Positions 37,403 to 47,819 of a stretch of DNA of 55,206 bases are shown piece by piece; position 1 is the first letter of the stretch, and every line of letters begins with the position of its first letter. The stretch is taken from the NCBI GenBank assembly GCA_021812165.1, contig JAKAOO010000001.1, positions 6,045 to 61,250 of the forward strand, read 5' to 3'. The translations under genes were made by a program, and so were the position numbers. This stretch comes from Pseudomonadota bacterium. Its GTDB lineage: Bacteria > Pseudomonadota > Alphaproteobacteria > ATCC43930 > CGMCC-115725. A model generated the notes under the pieces. That model did no database searches, was not told the DNA's origin, and saw only the letters and a list, made by a program, of their open reading frames with translations.

Positions 37403-40080
37403 GGATCGACCGGCTCGCCTTCCGGCTGATCGGTTGGCGGCCCTCCCCGCGCGATCCCCTCGGGCCGCTCCTCCTCTGCGAAGGGCATTTGCGGGGGGCG
37501 GGCACCCGCGCGCGGCGGGCCCATCAAGGCCGGCTGGAACAATACCGCCGCCAGCATCGTGCACAAGAGCGCGAGCGCCATCAATTGCCCCATGCTCGAC
37601 GTGCCCGGATCGGCCGACAGCCAGAGCGTGCCGAAGGCGGTGGCGGTCGTCATCGCGCTGAAGATGACGGCGCGGGTGAGAGTGGATTCGACGAGTCCCC
37701 TTTTGCCGCGCCGCCAGGCCATGATGTAATAGATCTTGAACGCGACGCCGACGCCGAGAAGCAACGGCAGGGCGATAATGTTCGCGAAGTTGAGCCGCAG
37801 GCCGAAAAGGACGGAGAGCTCCAGGGTGACGACCCCCGCCAGCAGAAGCGGCACCAGGGTCATGGCGACATCGCCGAGGCGTCGCAATGCGAGCCACAAC
37901 AGCACCGCGATCGCCGACAAGGCGAAAATGCCGGCGATGATAAAGGCATGCACGACGGTATTGGCGGCCTCGTACAAGAGGATGGCGGGACCGGTCGCCT
38001 GCGGCGCGGCCTTCAGCACGGCGCGCGCGAAATTGCGCAAGAGGGCCGTATTGTTGGGATCGCCCTTGGGCAACACCTGAACCCGGGCGCGCCCCTTCGG
38101 CGTCAGCCACAAACGCTTCAGAGCGGGCGGGATCGCAGCGATCGTCACCCGTTCTGGGTGGAGCGCCTTTTTGAGATCGGCGAGCGAGATCTTGAGAGGC
38201 ATCGCGACTGCCGTCTCGGCCGCGCGGAGCTTGGCCGTGGAGGCTGTGGCGAGCTGCCGGAGCAAACGGGAGAGCCGCCTTGCGGCCGCGGCGCCGGGGC
38301 CTTTGCGGGTCGCGGCGAGTTGCGCCAGAAGATTGCCCGCCGACCGGAGCGCTTCCCTATTCTGCCGATCGGTAGGCGCCGGTGCCGTCATTCGGGAACC
38401 GAGCGAAGGCCCGAGGGTCTTTGCCGCAACCGCAATAAGCCCCAACTTGGCCGTCTGATGGCGCGGCAGAAGGCTCTCCAACGTCGAAGCCTCTCTGACT
38501 TCGGGCAGCTTTTCGAAGCGGCGGGCGATGCGGCTTGCGGCAGCGAGGTTCGGCGCCACGATCTCGGCGGCGTTGGCACCGATCTCAGGATCTTTTCTGA
38601 GCTTGAGGAAGGTCGCAACCGATTGGCTCTTGGCGTTGCGCAGATGCAGCGGGTTGAAGTCGAACCTCAGATGCCGCAAAAGCGGCACGCCCGCGAGGAC
38701 GAGCAGCACGGCGATCGCGACGACCGGAATGCGCCAGCGCTCGAGGAAGCGATCGACGGGCGCGAGAAAGGCAAACCCCATCGGCCGCTCTTCCGGCGGC
38801 GGTTTGAAGACGGTGAGAAGCGCCGGCAACAGGGTGATGCTGCAAAGAAACGCAATGATCATGCCGGAGCCGGCGATCTCTCCCAATTCGGACAGCCCGC
38901 GATAGGACGTCGGCAGGAAGGACGAGAACCCGACCGCAGTCGCCGCGGCGGCGAGCGCCAACGGCGCGCCGGCCTTTCTTGCGGCGCTTCTGAGAGCGGC
39001 GGAAAGATCGCCGAGATCATGGCGCTCGGCGCGATAGCGCACGCTGAACTGAATGCCGAAATCGATGCCGAGCCCGACGAAGAGCACGAAAAAGGCGACC
39101 GAAATGAGGTTGAGCGCGGTGACGAGGATGAGGCCCCACGCGGCGGCGATCGAAAGCCCGACGGCGATGCTGACGGCGACCGGCAGGATGATCCGCCAGG
39201 AGCGCAGCGCCAGCCAAAGAATCGTAAAAACCGCCGCAAGCGCGAGGCTCACATTCAAAAGGAGGTGCTTCTCTATCGTTGCAAACTGGGCGTCGTCGAT
39301 CGGCACCAGCCCGGTTTGCCGCACCCGCGCCTGATAACGGCCGCCGAGATCGAGCTCCCGCGCGGTCGCCGCGATCGCATTCGTTGCTTTGCGGCCGGGC
39401 TCGAGCGCGTGATAATCGAGGACGGGATCGACCTCGATAAAATGCCGCAGCTCATTCTGCGCCGGCTTTGCCCCTTGAGCGAGCGCGCGCCAGGAAAAGG
39501 TGGCAGGTCTGCCATCGAGGAGGTCGCGGGCGGTATCGGCGGCCATCGTCATCGGGCGCGTGAGGGCGTCGAGCTTCACATAGCCCTCTCGCACCGCCAT
39601 CAAAGCGCCCGAGAGCGCCGAAAGGCTGCCTCTGAGGCTCGGATCGGCGCTCACCGTTTCGAGGACCGGTTTCGCGCGGGCAAGGCTCGTCGTGAACGCC
39701 GCGACCTCGTGGGTCGGCAAGAACAAGAGAGCGCTTCGCTCGAAAAAGTTGCCGCTGTCGAGAGGACGGACAGCGCGCGCGACCTTCTTCTTGGAGGCGA
39801 GAGCGTGGGCCAGGGTGTTGGTCGCCGCTTCGGCGAGTTCCGGCGTCGGCGCGTTGACGACAACAACGATGTCCTGTTGCGGAAATGCCTTCAGATATGC
39901 GAAGCCGCGCTGCGCCCAAGGCAGATTGGGTGAGAAGAGATCGGTGACGTCGGTCTTGATCGCGAAGTGCCTGGCGGTATAGACGGTCGACGCCGTCGCC
40001 AGAGCGAGCGCTGCCGCGATGACGACAAAGGGCCGGCGCGTGCAAAAAGCGACGACGCGAGCAATCGCGGATCTCAGCAT
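37399..40080 (-). CDS. hpnN: MMPL/RND-superfamily transporter, HpnN-like (hopanoid-associated type)
   Basis: 893 aa with two 6-TM bundles and two periplasmic loops. The N-terminus RRPFVVIAAALALATASTVYTARHFAIKTDVTDLFSPNLPW fits my memory of HpnN-type proteins. Confidence 0.7.
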   Translation of the reverse strand: MLRSAIARVVAFCTRRPFVVIAAALALATASTVYTARHFAIKTDVTDLFSPNLPWAQRGFAYLKAFPQQDIVVVVNAPTPELAEAATNTLAHALASKKKVARAVRPLDSGNFFERSALLFLPTHEVAAFTTSLARAKPVLETVSADPSLRGSLSALSGALMAVREGYVKLDALTRPMTMAADTARDLLDGRPATFSWRALAQGAKPAQNELRHFIEVDPVLDYHALEPGRKATNAIAATARELDLGGRYQARVRQTGLVPIDDAQFATIEKHLLLNVSLALAAVFTILWLALRSWRIILPVAVSIAVGLSIAAAWGLILVTALNLISVAFFVLFVGLGIDFGIQFSVRYRAERHDLGDLSAALRSAARKAGAPLALAAAATAVGFSSFLPTSYRGLSELGEIAGSGMIIAFLCSITLLPALLTVFKPPPEERPMGFAFLAPVDRFLERWRIPVVAIAVLLVLAGVPLLRHLRFDFNPLHLRNAKSQSVATFLKLRKDPEIGANAAEIVAPNLAAASRIARRFEKLPEVREASTLESLLPRHQTAKLGLIAVAAKTLGPSLGSRMTAPAPTDRQNREALRSAGNLLAQLAATRKGPGAAAARRLSRLLRQLATASTAKLRAAETAVAMPLKISLADLKKALHPERVTIAAIPPALKRLWLTPKGRARVQVLPKGDPNNTALLRNFARAVLKAAPQATGPAILLYEAANTVVHAFIIAGIFALSAIAVLLWLALRRLGDVAMTLVPLLLAGVVTLELSVLFGLRLNFANIIALPLLLGVGVAFKIYYIMAWRRGKRGLVESTLTRAVIFSAMTTATAFGTLWLSADPGTSSMGQLMALALLCTMLAAVLFQPALMGPPRAGARPPQMPFAEEERPEGIARGGPPTDQPEGEPVDP

Positions 40081-40309
40081 TTGGCCGCCGCGGCCCCGCC
40101 TTCGTCAGCCAAAGATCTTCCGCACATGACCCAACCTTTTTCGGGAGGCGCCCATGTACAACCGCGCAAAAACCGGTTGGTTCCCGAGCGCGCCGAGAGA
40201 GAGGGGTCGATCGCGGCCGTCGCCAAGCGGAGGCCGGCGTGATATTGCTTGTGGGCGATCCGGTTTCGAGCGAGCGCTTGGCGTCCTTCGACAGGCTCGG
40301 GAGGAAAAC

Positions 40310-41245
40310 ATGGCAAAGAGCGGCAAGGTCATCATCACATGCGCCGTGACCGGCTCCATCCATACGCCGACGATGAGCCCGCACTTGCCTCTTTCCCCGC
40401 ACGAGGTCGCCGCCGATGCGGTCCGGGCGGCGGAGGCGGGGGCGGCGATCCTCCACTTGCACGCGCGCGATCCGGGGGACGGGCGGCCGACCCCCGATCC
40501 CGGCGTCTTCATGGAGTTTCTGCCGCGGATCAAGCAGGCGACGGGCGCCGTCATCAACATCACGACGGGCGGGGGTCATGGAATGACGCTCGAAGAGCGG
40601 ACCGCTGCGGCGATGCGCGCCAAGCCCGAGATGTGTTCACTCAATATGGGCTCGATGAATTTCGGGCTTTTCCCGATGCTTGGCCGCTACAAGGAATGGA
40701 AATACGATTGGGAGCCGCGCTATCTCGAAATGACTCGGGATTTCATCTTCCGTAATACCTTCGCCGACATCGAGCGCATCCTGAAGGAACTGGGCGAAGG
40801 CTGCGGAACGCGTTTCGAGTTCGAATGCTATGATGTGGGGCATCTCTACAATCTCGCGCATTTCCTCGATCGCGGTCTCGTCAAGCCGCCGCTTTTCGTG
40901 CAGACGATCTTCGGCATCCTCGGCGGGATCGGCGCGGACCCGGAAAACCTCGTGCATATGAAGCGGATCGCCGACAAGCTCTTCGACGACAGCTATTACT
41001 GGTCGATCCTCGCCGCCGGGCGGCACCAACTGCCGCTCGTGTCGATGGGCGCGATCATGGGCGGCAACATCCGCGTCGGGCTCGAAGATTCGCTGTGGGC
41101 GGGACGGGGAAAGCTCGCCGCAAGCAACGCCGACCAGGTGAAGATGGCGCGCGCGATCGTCGAGAACCTGTCGCTTCAGGTTGCGAGCCCCGACGAAGCG
41201 CGGGCGATGCTTTCCTTGAAAGGCGGCGACGCCGTCGCCTTTTGA
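40310..41245 (+). CDS. beta-keto acid cleavage enzyme (BKACE/DUF849, 3-keto-5-aminohexanoate cleavage enzyme family)
   Basis: VIITCAVTGSIHTPTMSPHLPLSPHEVA...AILHLHARDP...NITTGGG...CSLNMGSMNF. ATG at 40310 after GGGAGG. Confidence 0.85.
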   Translation: MAKSGKVIITCAVTGSIHTPTMSPHLPLSPHEVAADAVRAAEAGAAILHLHARDPGDGRPTPDPGVFMEFLPRIKQATGAVINITTGGGHGMTLEERTAAAMRAKPEMCSLNMGSMNFGLFPMLGRYKEWKYDWEPRYLEMTRDFIFRNTFADIERILKELGEGCGTRFEFECYDVGHLYNLAHFLDRGLVKPPLFVQTIFGILGGIGADPENLVHMKRIADKLFDDSYYWSILAAGRHQLPLVSMGAIMGGNIRVGLEDSLWAGRGKLAASNADQVKMARAIVENLSLQVASPDEARAMLSLKGGDAVAF

Positions 41246-41263
41246 GGAGAAAGGCGCCAAGCC

Positions 41264-41932
41264 ATGATCGACAAGCGGGTCGGAAATCTCGCCGAGGCGG
41301 TTGCGGGCGTGCGCGACGGCGCGGTCGTCTTGTGCGGCGGGTTTGGCGAGGCGGGCCTGCCGAACGCGCTCTGCGAAGCCTTGATCGAAGAGGGAGCGCG
41401 CGATCTGACGGTCGTTGCCAACAATGCGGGAACGGGCCGCCGCGGGCTTGCCGCGCTGATGGCGGCAAGGCGGGTCAGGAAAATCATCTGCTCCTTTCCG
41501 CGCTCCTCGGGTTCGGTCGTGTTCGAAGAGCTTTACGCGAAAGGCGAGATCGAACTCGAACTCGTCCCGCAGGGCATCATCAGCGAACGCATGCGCTGCG
41601 CCGCGGCCGGTCTCGGCGGTTTTTATTCGCCGGTTTCGGTCGGCACCCGATTGGCCGAGGGCAAGGAGCACCGCGAGATCGACGGCCGCGTGTATGTCCT
41701 CGAAAAGCCGCTCAAAGGCGACGTCGCGCTCATTGCGGCCGATCGCGGCGACCGTTGGGGCAACCTCACCTATCGGAAATCGGCGCGCAACTTCAACCCG
41801 ACCATGGCGATGGCCGCCGATCTCGCGATCGCGCAGGTGCGGGAGATCGTGGAGCTGGGCGATCTCGACCCGGAGGTCATCGTGACGCCCGGGATCTTCG
41901 TCGATCGCCTGGTCGCGCTGCCGCGGGTTTGA
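41264..41932 (+). CDS. 3-oxoacid CoA-transferase subunit A
   Basis: LAEAVAGVRDGAVVLCGGFGEAGLPNAL...ELELVPQG...GDRWGNLTY. Confidence 0.9.
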   Translation: MIDKRVGNLAEAVAGVRDGAVVLCGGFGEAGLPNALCEALIEEGARDLTVVANNAGTGRRGLAALMAARRVRKIICSFPRSSGSVVFEELYAKGEIELELVPQGIISERMRCAAAGLGGFYSPVSVGTRLAEGKEHREIDGRVYVLEKPLKGDVALIAADRGDRWGNLTYRKSARNFNPTMAMAADLAIAQVREIVELGDLDPEVIVTPGIFVDRLVALPRV

Positions 41933-41942
41933 TAGGAGGGAC

Positions 41943-42614
41943 GTGATGCCGCTTACCCGCCGCCAGATTGCCTGGCGCGCCGCCCAGGATTTGAAAGACG
42001 GCGCCTACGTCAATCTCGGCATTGGTCTGCCGACCCTCGTTTCGGATTACATCCCTGAAGGCCGCGAGATCGTTTTCCAGAGCGAGAACGGGGTCCTGGG
42101 CGTCGGCCCGGCGCCCGGCGCCAACGCGGCCGATCCCGACCTCATCAATGCGGGTAAGCAGCCGATCACTCTCGTGACGGGCGGCAGCTACGTCCACCAC
42201 ACCGACTCCTTTCTGATGATCCGCGGCGGCCATCTCGATTGCGCGCTTCTGGGCGCCTTCGAGGTCTCCGACAAGGGCGACCTCGCCAACTGGACGACCG
42301 ACGACCCGCGGTTTCCGCCGGGGGTCGGAGGGGCGATGGATCTCGCGGTCGGCGCCAAGGAGATCCGCGTTCTCGTCGAGCACACGACGAAGGGGGGCGC
42401 GCCGCGGCTGGTGCGCCGCTGCCAATATCCGCTGACCGCGGAGCGCGTCGTCAAGCGCATCTACACCGATCTCGCGGTCATCGACGTGACGACGCAAGGC
42501 TTCCTCTTGCGCGAGATCGCCGAGGGGATCGACGTTTCGGGCTTGCAGGCGAAAACCGAGGCGCCTCTTCGCGCCGCTCCCGACTTGAAACCGCTGCGCG
42601 CTCCGGTCGTCTGA
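41943..42614 (+). CDS. 3-oxoacid CoA-transferase subunit B
   Basis: IAWRAAQDLKDGAYVNLGIGLPT...FQSENGVLG (catalytic Glu motif)...GGAMDL. Confidence 0.9.
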   Translation: MMPLTRRQIAWRAAQDLKDGAYVNLGIGLPTLVSDYIPEGREIVFQSENGVLGVGPAPGANAADPDLINAGKQPITLVTGGSYVHHTDSFLMIRGGHLDCALLGAFEVSDKGDLANWTTDDPRFPPGVGGAMDLAVGAKEIRVLVEHTTKGGAPRLVRRCQYPLTAERVVKRIYTDLAVIDVTTQGFLLREIAEGIDVSGLQAKTEAPLRAAPDLKPLRAPVV

Positions 42615-42626
42615 CCTCGCGCCCGC

Positions 42627-44747
42627 TCATCGCTTATGCGGCTGCGGCACCCAGGGGCGGCTGCCGCGGCTTTCGTTGGCGCTTTCGATCGCGACGCCCG
42701 AGCGCCCGAGCCATAACGCCACGGAGCCGAGCCGCCAATTGTCGCTGCGGTCGATTACGGGAATCCTCGCGCGGCAAAGAAAGCCCATCGGCACGGTCGC
42801 CACGATCGCGTCGAAACGCGCGCAGGCAAGAGGGAGCGGTTTCTCGCCGAGGACGATTCCGACGCGGCGCCCGTGGGCACGATAAGCGCAAAGTTCGCCC
42901 GAGCAGTCGAGACGCCCTTTTTTTCCGGCCGGCCAGGCTTGCAGCGTTGCGCCGGTGCTTTCGACAAGATAGGAACGCTCGAACTTCTCGCCCCAGCCCG
43001 CGCGCACGAAATACCCTCCGCTCGCCGCGCGCGCCGCAAGAAAGCGCCCGCCGTCGGTCATCACGATGTCGGGCGGCCGCGTCAGGAGCATCGTGAGAAG
43101 CCCCAAGACGATCCCCGCCGCGCCCCAGCGCCGCCACTTCCCGCGCCACAAGGCGAGCCACAACCCGCCGAAAACGATGAGCAGAAGACCGGCGAGGGGA
43201 AGATGCGGCATCGACCACACGTCTCCCGGAAGCGCCGAAACGAACTCGGCAATATGGATCGTCGCGTCGATCCCCCAGCCCATGGGGACGAGCGCCAAAG
43301 CCTCGAGCCTGAACGGCATCAAGAGGCAGGCGAGAAGACCCCAGGGCAGGGTCCAGACGGCGCTCAAAGGGACCGCGATGATGTTGGCGAGCGGCGAATA
43401 AAGGACGAGGCGGTGGAAATAATAGATCGCGAAAGGAAGGGTGCCGGCGGTCGCGAGCAGCGTCGTCACGACGACGCCGAGCGCGTAAGCGGAAATGCGG
43501 CCCCAGAGCTTGTCGCCGCGCCAAAGCCGCGAGAGGCGCTCGCCGTAGGCTTCATAGGCCGCGATCAGGGTGACGACCGCGCCAAACGACATCTCGAAGC
43601 TGACGCCGATGAGGTTTTGGGGGGCGATCGCCAGTACGAGGAAAGCGGCGAGCGCGCAGATCCGCATCGAAATCCTGAGGCGATCGATAAGGATCGCGCC
43701 GAAGACGACGCCGTCCATGACGAAAGCCCGCTGCGTCGGGATCCTCGCGCCCGAAATGAGGAGATAGCCGAGGAGCACGAGAAGGGCGGCGCCCGCGGCG
43801 ATCTTCTTGATCGGATAGCGAAGGGCGATCGGCCGAATGAGGGCGAGAAGAGCGCGGACGACGAGGAACACGAACGCGCCGATGAGGCCCATATGAAGCC
43901 CGGCGATCGACAAGAGGTGGGCGAGCCCGGAATTGCGGAAGGCCGCGACGACATTCTCGGCGATCGCACCGCGCTTGCCGGTAATGAGCGCCGAGGCGAC
44001 GCCTCCCGTCGATCCCGGAAGCACCGCGGCGATGCGCCGGGTCATTCGGCTGCGAAGACGCCGCAGAGCGAGGCGCCAGGCGCTGCCGCCGCTTCCCGCA
44101 ATCTTGCGCGCGGGGCCATAGGTGTAGCCGACGGCGCCGACGCGGGCGAAATAGGCGTCGCGCTGAAAGTCATAGCCGCCGGGGAGCGCCGGGCCCGGAA
44201 CCGGAAAAAGAGCCGCCGTCAAACGGACGCGGTCGCCCGGGTCGAGCCGGTCGCTCGTCGGCGGAACATAAAGGCGGATACGGGCCGGCTCATCGCCGGT
44301 GGCAAACGCCGGCGAAGGATCGGGCGCAATGACGATGCGCCAGCCTTTGCCGCGCCGGTTGACGTCGGTAACGACCCCCGAGAGGCGGACGGGGCCGAGC
44401 CGGCGCTGCAAAACGGGGGCTGCGACCTCGAGGCTCGCGAGACGCATCCAGGCAAAGCCGACGCCGAGAAGGAGGATCGCGAGCGCGGCCTCCCCCAGCA
44501 TCGGCCGGCGGCGCAAGGCGAAAGCGGCAAAGAGCGCCAGAAAAGCGAGAGCGAGGCCCGGCCAAAGCGGCGGCTCGAATTGGAGCCAGAAATAAAGGCC
44601 GACGCCGGCTCCGAACGCGACCGGAAGCCACAGGAGACGCCGCTCGCCTTCGGCGGCGAGCGCGCGCCGGAGAAAGGAGAGAAGCGCCCCCTCTTTCGTC
44701 GCGCGCCGGCCGAAGCTCGAGGCGGCTTCGCTCATCCCCCACCTCAT
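42627..44747 (-). CDS. comEC: ComEC/Rec2-family membrane protein
   Basis: 706 aa. DUF4131-like N-terminus, then the competence-domain TM core (LTAGLHMGLIGAFVF...). No metallo-beta-lactamase motif was obvious. Confidence 0.75.
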   Translation of the reverse strand: MRWGMSEAASSFGRRATKEGALLSFLRRALAAEGERRLLWLPVAFGAGVGLYFWLQFEPPLWPGLALAFLALFAAFALRRRPMLGEAALAILLLGVGFAWMRLASLEVAAPVLQRRLGPVRLSGVVTDVNRRGKGWRIVIAPDPSPAFATGDEPARIRLYVPPTSDRLDPGDRVRLTAALFPVPGPALPGGYDFQRDAYFARVGAVGYTYGPARKIAGSGGSAWRLALRRLRSRMTRRIAAVLPGSTGGVASALITGKRGAIAENVVAAFRNSGLAHLLSIAGLHMGLIGAFVFLVVRALLALIRPIALRYPIKKIAAGAALLVLLGYLLISGARIPTQRAFVMDGVVFGAILIDRLRISMRICALAAFLVLAIAPQNLIGVSFEMSFGAVVTLIAAYEAYGERLSRLWRGDKLWGRISAYALGVVVTTLLATAGTLPFAIYYFHRLVLYSPLANIIAVPLSAVWTLPWGLLACLLMPFRLEALALVPMGWGIDATIHIAEFVSALPGDVWSMPHLPLAGLLLIVFGGLWLALWRGKWRRWGAAGIVLGLLTMLLTRPPDIVMTDGGRFLAARAASGGYFVRAGWGEKFERSYLVESTGATLQAWPAGKKGRLDCSGELCAYRAHGRRVGIVLGEKPLPLACARFDAIVATVPMGFLCRARIPVIDRSDNWRLGSVALWLGRSGVAIESANESRGSRPWVPQPHKR

Positions 44748-44883
44748 TCCCGGTGAAGGCGAAACTAGCCTTGGAAGTTTTTAAATGACAACATTTTGTG
44801 AGGGCGCTGGTCGCGGCCGACCGAGTGGTGTAGCCTTCCCGATGCACCCTCTTCGAGAGAGGGAAAAGAGGGAGGGTTACCCG

Positions 44884-45204
44884 ATGCCAAAATATCTCAT
44901 CACGGCAACCTATAGTCCCGAAGGCCTTAAAGGCTTGCAAAAGGACAAGGCCTCAGGCCGCAGACGCGCGTGGATTGCGGCGCTTCAGAGTGTCGGCGGC
45001 AAACTCGAATGCGGCTACTATGCGCTCGGCGAAGACGACGTTTACATCATCGTCGATCTGCCGGACAACGCCGCTGCGGCTGGGTTCGGTGTCACGGTAT
45101 CGGCAACCGGTCTTGCGCGTACAAAGACGACGGCGCTCCTGACGGACGAAGAGGTCGATCGCGCCCTCGAAAAGAGCATCGCATACCGCGCGCCCGGCCG
45201 CTGA
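44884..45204 (+). CDS. GYD-domain protein
   Basis: MPKYLITATYSPEGLKGLQKD...GEDDVYIIVDLPDN. Confidence 0.75.
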   Translation: MPKYLITATYSPEGLKGLQKDKASGRRRAWIAALQSVGGKLECGYYALGEDDVYIIVDLPDNAAAAGFGVTVSATGLARTKTTALLTDEEVDRALEKSIAYRAPGR

Positions 45205-45326
45205 GCCGGGCGCGGACGCGGCGCCTTTGTCGTAGTTTGCCGCACGCAACGCGGCGGCGCGGGGCACGCCCTTGACGCGCCGGAAAGTTTCTTGCGCCTG
45301 TTTCAACCTGAGAAGGGAATGAGAGG

Positions 45327-45740
45327 ATGACGATTTCGCGCGAAAAAATTCAACCTGACGGGATGCATGTAAGAGTGATCGGCGGCCAGGCGATCTATTC
45401 GCATGTCATTAGGGTCACGGGAGGCGGGCGGCAGATCTATGTCTCGGGCCAGGTGGCTTCCGACGCGAACGGCAAGCCCGTCGGCAAAGGCGATATGCGG
45501 GCGCAGATCGAACAGGTCGGGAAAAACATCGAGACTTGCCTCAAGGCGGCTGGTGCGAGCCTTTCCGACATCGTCAAGACGGTCACCTACACGACCGATA
45601 TCGAGGAGTTTTTCAAGCATATGGACGTGCGGATGCGCTATCTCGGTGCGGCCTTGCCGACGAGCACGACGGTCGAGGTGAGCCGCCTCGCCCACCCCGA
45701 TTTCCTGGTCGAAATCGAGGCGATTGCGGTCGTCGATTAG
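45327..45740 (+). CDS. RidA/YjgF/L-PSP family protein
   Basis: IYVSGQVASDANGKPVGKGDMRAQIEQVGKNIETCLKAAGASLSDIVK...VEIEAIAV. Confidence 0.85.
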   Translation: MTISREKIQPDGMHVRVIGGQAIYSHVIRVTGGGRQIYVSGQVASDANGKPVGKGDMRAQIEQVGKNIETCLKAAGASLSDIVKTVTYTTDIEEFFKHMDVRMRYLGAALPTSTTVEVSRLAHPDFLVEIEAIAVVD

Positions 45741-45822
45741 CGTGCCGGTCGCGTCAGGGCAGCCTCGGGAGTGCGCGCGAGGGCGAGCGGGGCCGCTCCC
45801 AGAGGATCGCGCCGAGAAACAA

Positions 45823-46980
45823 TCACTCTTCGCGCCGGAACGGCGAGTATTCGGCGAGAGAGGCCATATTCAGCAGGGTCGTCTCGCGCTCGCGCTCGAG
45901 GAAGCTCGCAACGGCGCGGGCAAAGGCGGGGTCGGCAAGCCAGTGGGCGCTTCGCGTCGGCACCGGCAGATAGCCGCGCTGGAGCTTGTGCGGACCCTGC
46001 GCTCCCGCCTCGACGCGAGGCAGGCCGCGGGCGATGGCGAACTCGATCGCCCGGTAATAGCAGCATTCGAAGTGAAGGAACTTATAGTCGCCGCGGCTCC
46101 CCCAATTGCGCCCGTAGAGCGCTTGCGCGCCCAAGAGATGGAGCGCGCCCGCGACATAGTTCCTTCCGCGGCGGGCCATGACGAGGACGATCTTGTCGGG
46201 CATGCGCTCGCCGATGAGCGCGAAAAAGCGTCGCGACAGATAGGCCGATCCCCATTTGCGGTCGGCCGTCGCGAGATAGAATTCATAGAACGCATCCCAA
46301 TGGCGCGAGGTGAGTTCGCCCCCGCTCAGAACCTCGATTTCGATCCCGGGAAGAAGGGCTTCGCGGCGCTCTTTTTTGACCGCCTTTCTCTTGCGCGAGT
46401 TGAGCGCGGCAAGGTAGTCCTCGAAATCGCGATAGCCGGGGTTCGTCCAATGAAACTGCTGGCCGAGACGCTCCAGAAACCCCGCCTCCGAGAGGGCTTT
46501 CACATCGTCTTCCTCGGCGAAGTTGACATGGACCGAGGAGACGCGAAGGCGCCGCGCCAGCGCAACCATGCCCGCGACGAGGTGCGCTCGCGCCTCGTTC
46601 GGCGCGCCCGCCCGCAGCAACAGGCGCGGCCCCGGCACCGGCGTGAACGGCACGGCCGAGACGAGCTTTGGGTAATAGCGCCCGCCCGCCCGCTCATAAG
46701 CGTCGGCCCAGCCGTGATCGAAGACGTATTCGCCGTAGGAATGGCTTTTGAGATAAAGCGGCACGACCCCGGCGATAGCCCCGGCCTCGTCCTTGAGGAG
46801 GAGATGTTGCGGCAGCCAGCCGGTTCGGCCGGTGGCCGAACCGCTCTCCTCCAACGCGAGGAGGAACGCGTGCGAAAGGGCTGGATTGACGGCGCCGGCG
46901 CACGCATCCCATTCGCGGGCGGGGATCTCGGCGATCTCTCGATGCGCCCGGATGCTCACCATGCCGCGAGTGTCGTTCAT
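45823..46980 (-). CDS. GNAT-fold N-acetyltransferase (DUF482/FemAB-like)
   Basis: FLLALEESGSATGRTGWLPQHLLL...PLYLKSHSYGEYVFDHGWADAY...YYPKL. Confidence 0.8.
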   Translation of the reverse strand: MNDTRGMVSIRAHREIAEIPAREWDACAGAVNPALSHAFLLALEESGSATGRTGWLPQHLLLKDEAGAIAGVVPLYLKSHSYGEYVFDHGWADAYERAGGRYYPKLVSAVPFTPVPGPRLLLRAGAPNEARAHLVAGMVALARRLRVSSVHVNFAEEDDVKALSEAGFLERLGQQFHWTNPGYRDFEDYLAALNSRKRKAVKKERREALLPGIEIEVLSGGELTSRHWDAFYEFYLATADRKWGSAYLSRRFFALIGERMPDKIVLVMARRGRNYVAGALHLLGAQALYGRNWGSRGDYKFLHFECCYYRAIEFAIARGLPRVEAGAQGPHKLQRGYLPVPTRSAHWLADPAFARAVASFLERERETTLLNMASLAEYSPFRREE

Positions 46981-47087
46981 CGCCTCCCGCCCTTTTTCTC
47001 GGCAACCGAGTTCCCAAGATAAAGCGTAAAGGGCTCTTCTTCCAACCTGCCGCCAAACTGCCGCATTCTCGGGCGAATTTCGGCTCC

Positions 47088-47732
47088 GTGATGCGAAGGA
47101 CGGCGCTTTCCTTTCGAGGGCCGAGGATTGCCCTCGTTTTCGCCCTCTCTCTGGTCGGTGCGGCGCGAGCCGAAACGCTGACGCATGCCCGCGTCGGCTT
47201 TACGGCGGAGCGAATCCTTTTTCTCGACGGGCACCGCTATGTCGGCCGCATGTGGTATAGGCCCGGCGAAGAGCGGCAGGAACAGCAACTCGCGGGCTTC
47301 ACCCCGATCTTCATCCTCTCCGATAAAAGCGCCTTTGCCGATATCGTTCTGCCGCAGCTCCACACCGTCGCCGAACTGCCGCTTCCCAAAGGATTTTCGC
47401 TGTTGCGCGCTCGCGCCCTCTTGGGCCGCCCGCTCGCACATCAGGAAGTCGACGGGATGGCGGCGACGGTTTACCGGGTCGATGCGTCCTCCGCCGTTGG
47501 ACGTGCGCGCGGCCGCGTGTGGCTCTCGGCCGACGCCATCCCGCTCAAAGCCGAGGGCCGCTTCGTGAGCCCCGGCGGCAAGGTCACGCGAATCCGGTGG
47601 CTGTTGCGGGAGGTGAGGATCGGCCCGCAAGCGGCTTCGCTGTTCACGGTGCCGAAAGGGTTCGCGCGTTTGACCCCGCAAGCTCTGGCGCCGCTTCTTG
47701 GTTTGAGGCCGGCAAGGAAAGCCCCTCGCTAG
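47088..47732 (+). CDS. hypothetical periplasmic protein
   Basis: Signal peptide RIALVFALSLVGAARA. The composition is consistent with real coding. No family recognised. Confidence 0.5.
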   Translation: MMRRTALSFRGPRIALVFALSLVGAARAETLTHARVGFTAERILFLDGHRYVGRMWYRPGEERQEQQLAGFTPIFILSDKSAFADIVLPQLHTVAELPLPKGFSLLRARALLGRPLAHQEVDGMAATVYRVDASSAVGRARGRVWLSADAIPLKAEGRFVSPGGKVTRIRWLLREVRIGPQAASLFTVPKGFARLTPQALAPLLGLRPARKAPR

Positions 47733-47819
47733 CCCGCAGGCTCGGAGCGCGATGACAAGCGTGGGCGTCTTCGCGCGCGAGGCGCCGCATGCGCAGGCGA
47801 ATCCAGCCGTTGCTCCCTG

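Noticed and set aside
37403-38110. Upstream extension of the acyltransferase ORF (36179-38110).
   Set aside because: It overlaps the 3' end of the HpnN-like gene. The GTG at 37402, with a GTGA overlap, gives a normal acyltransferase-3 N-terminus.
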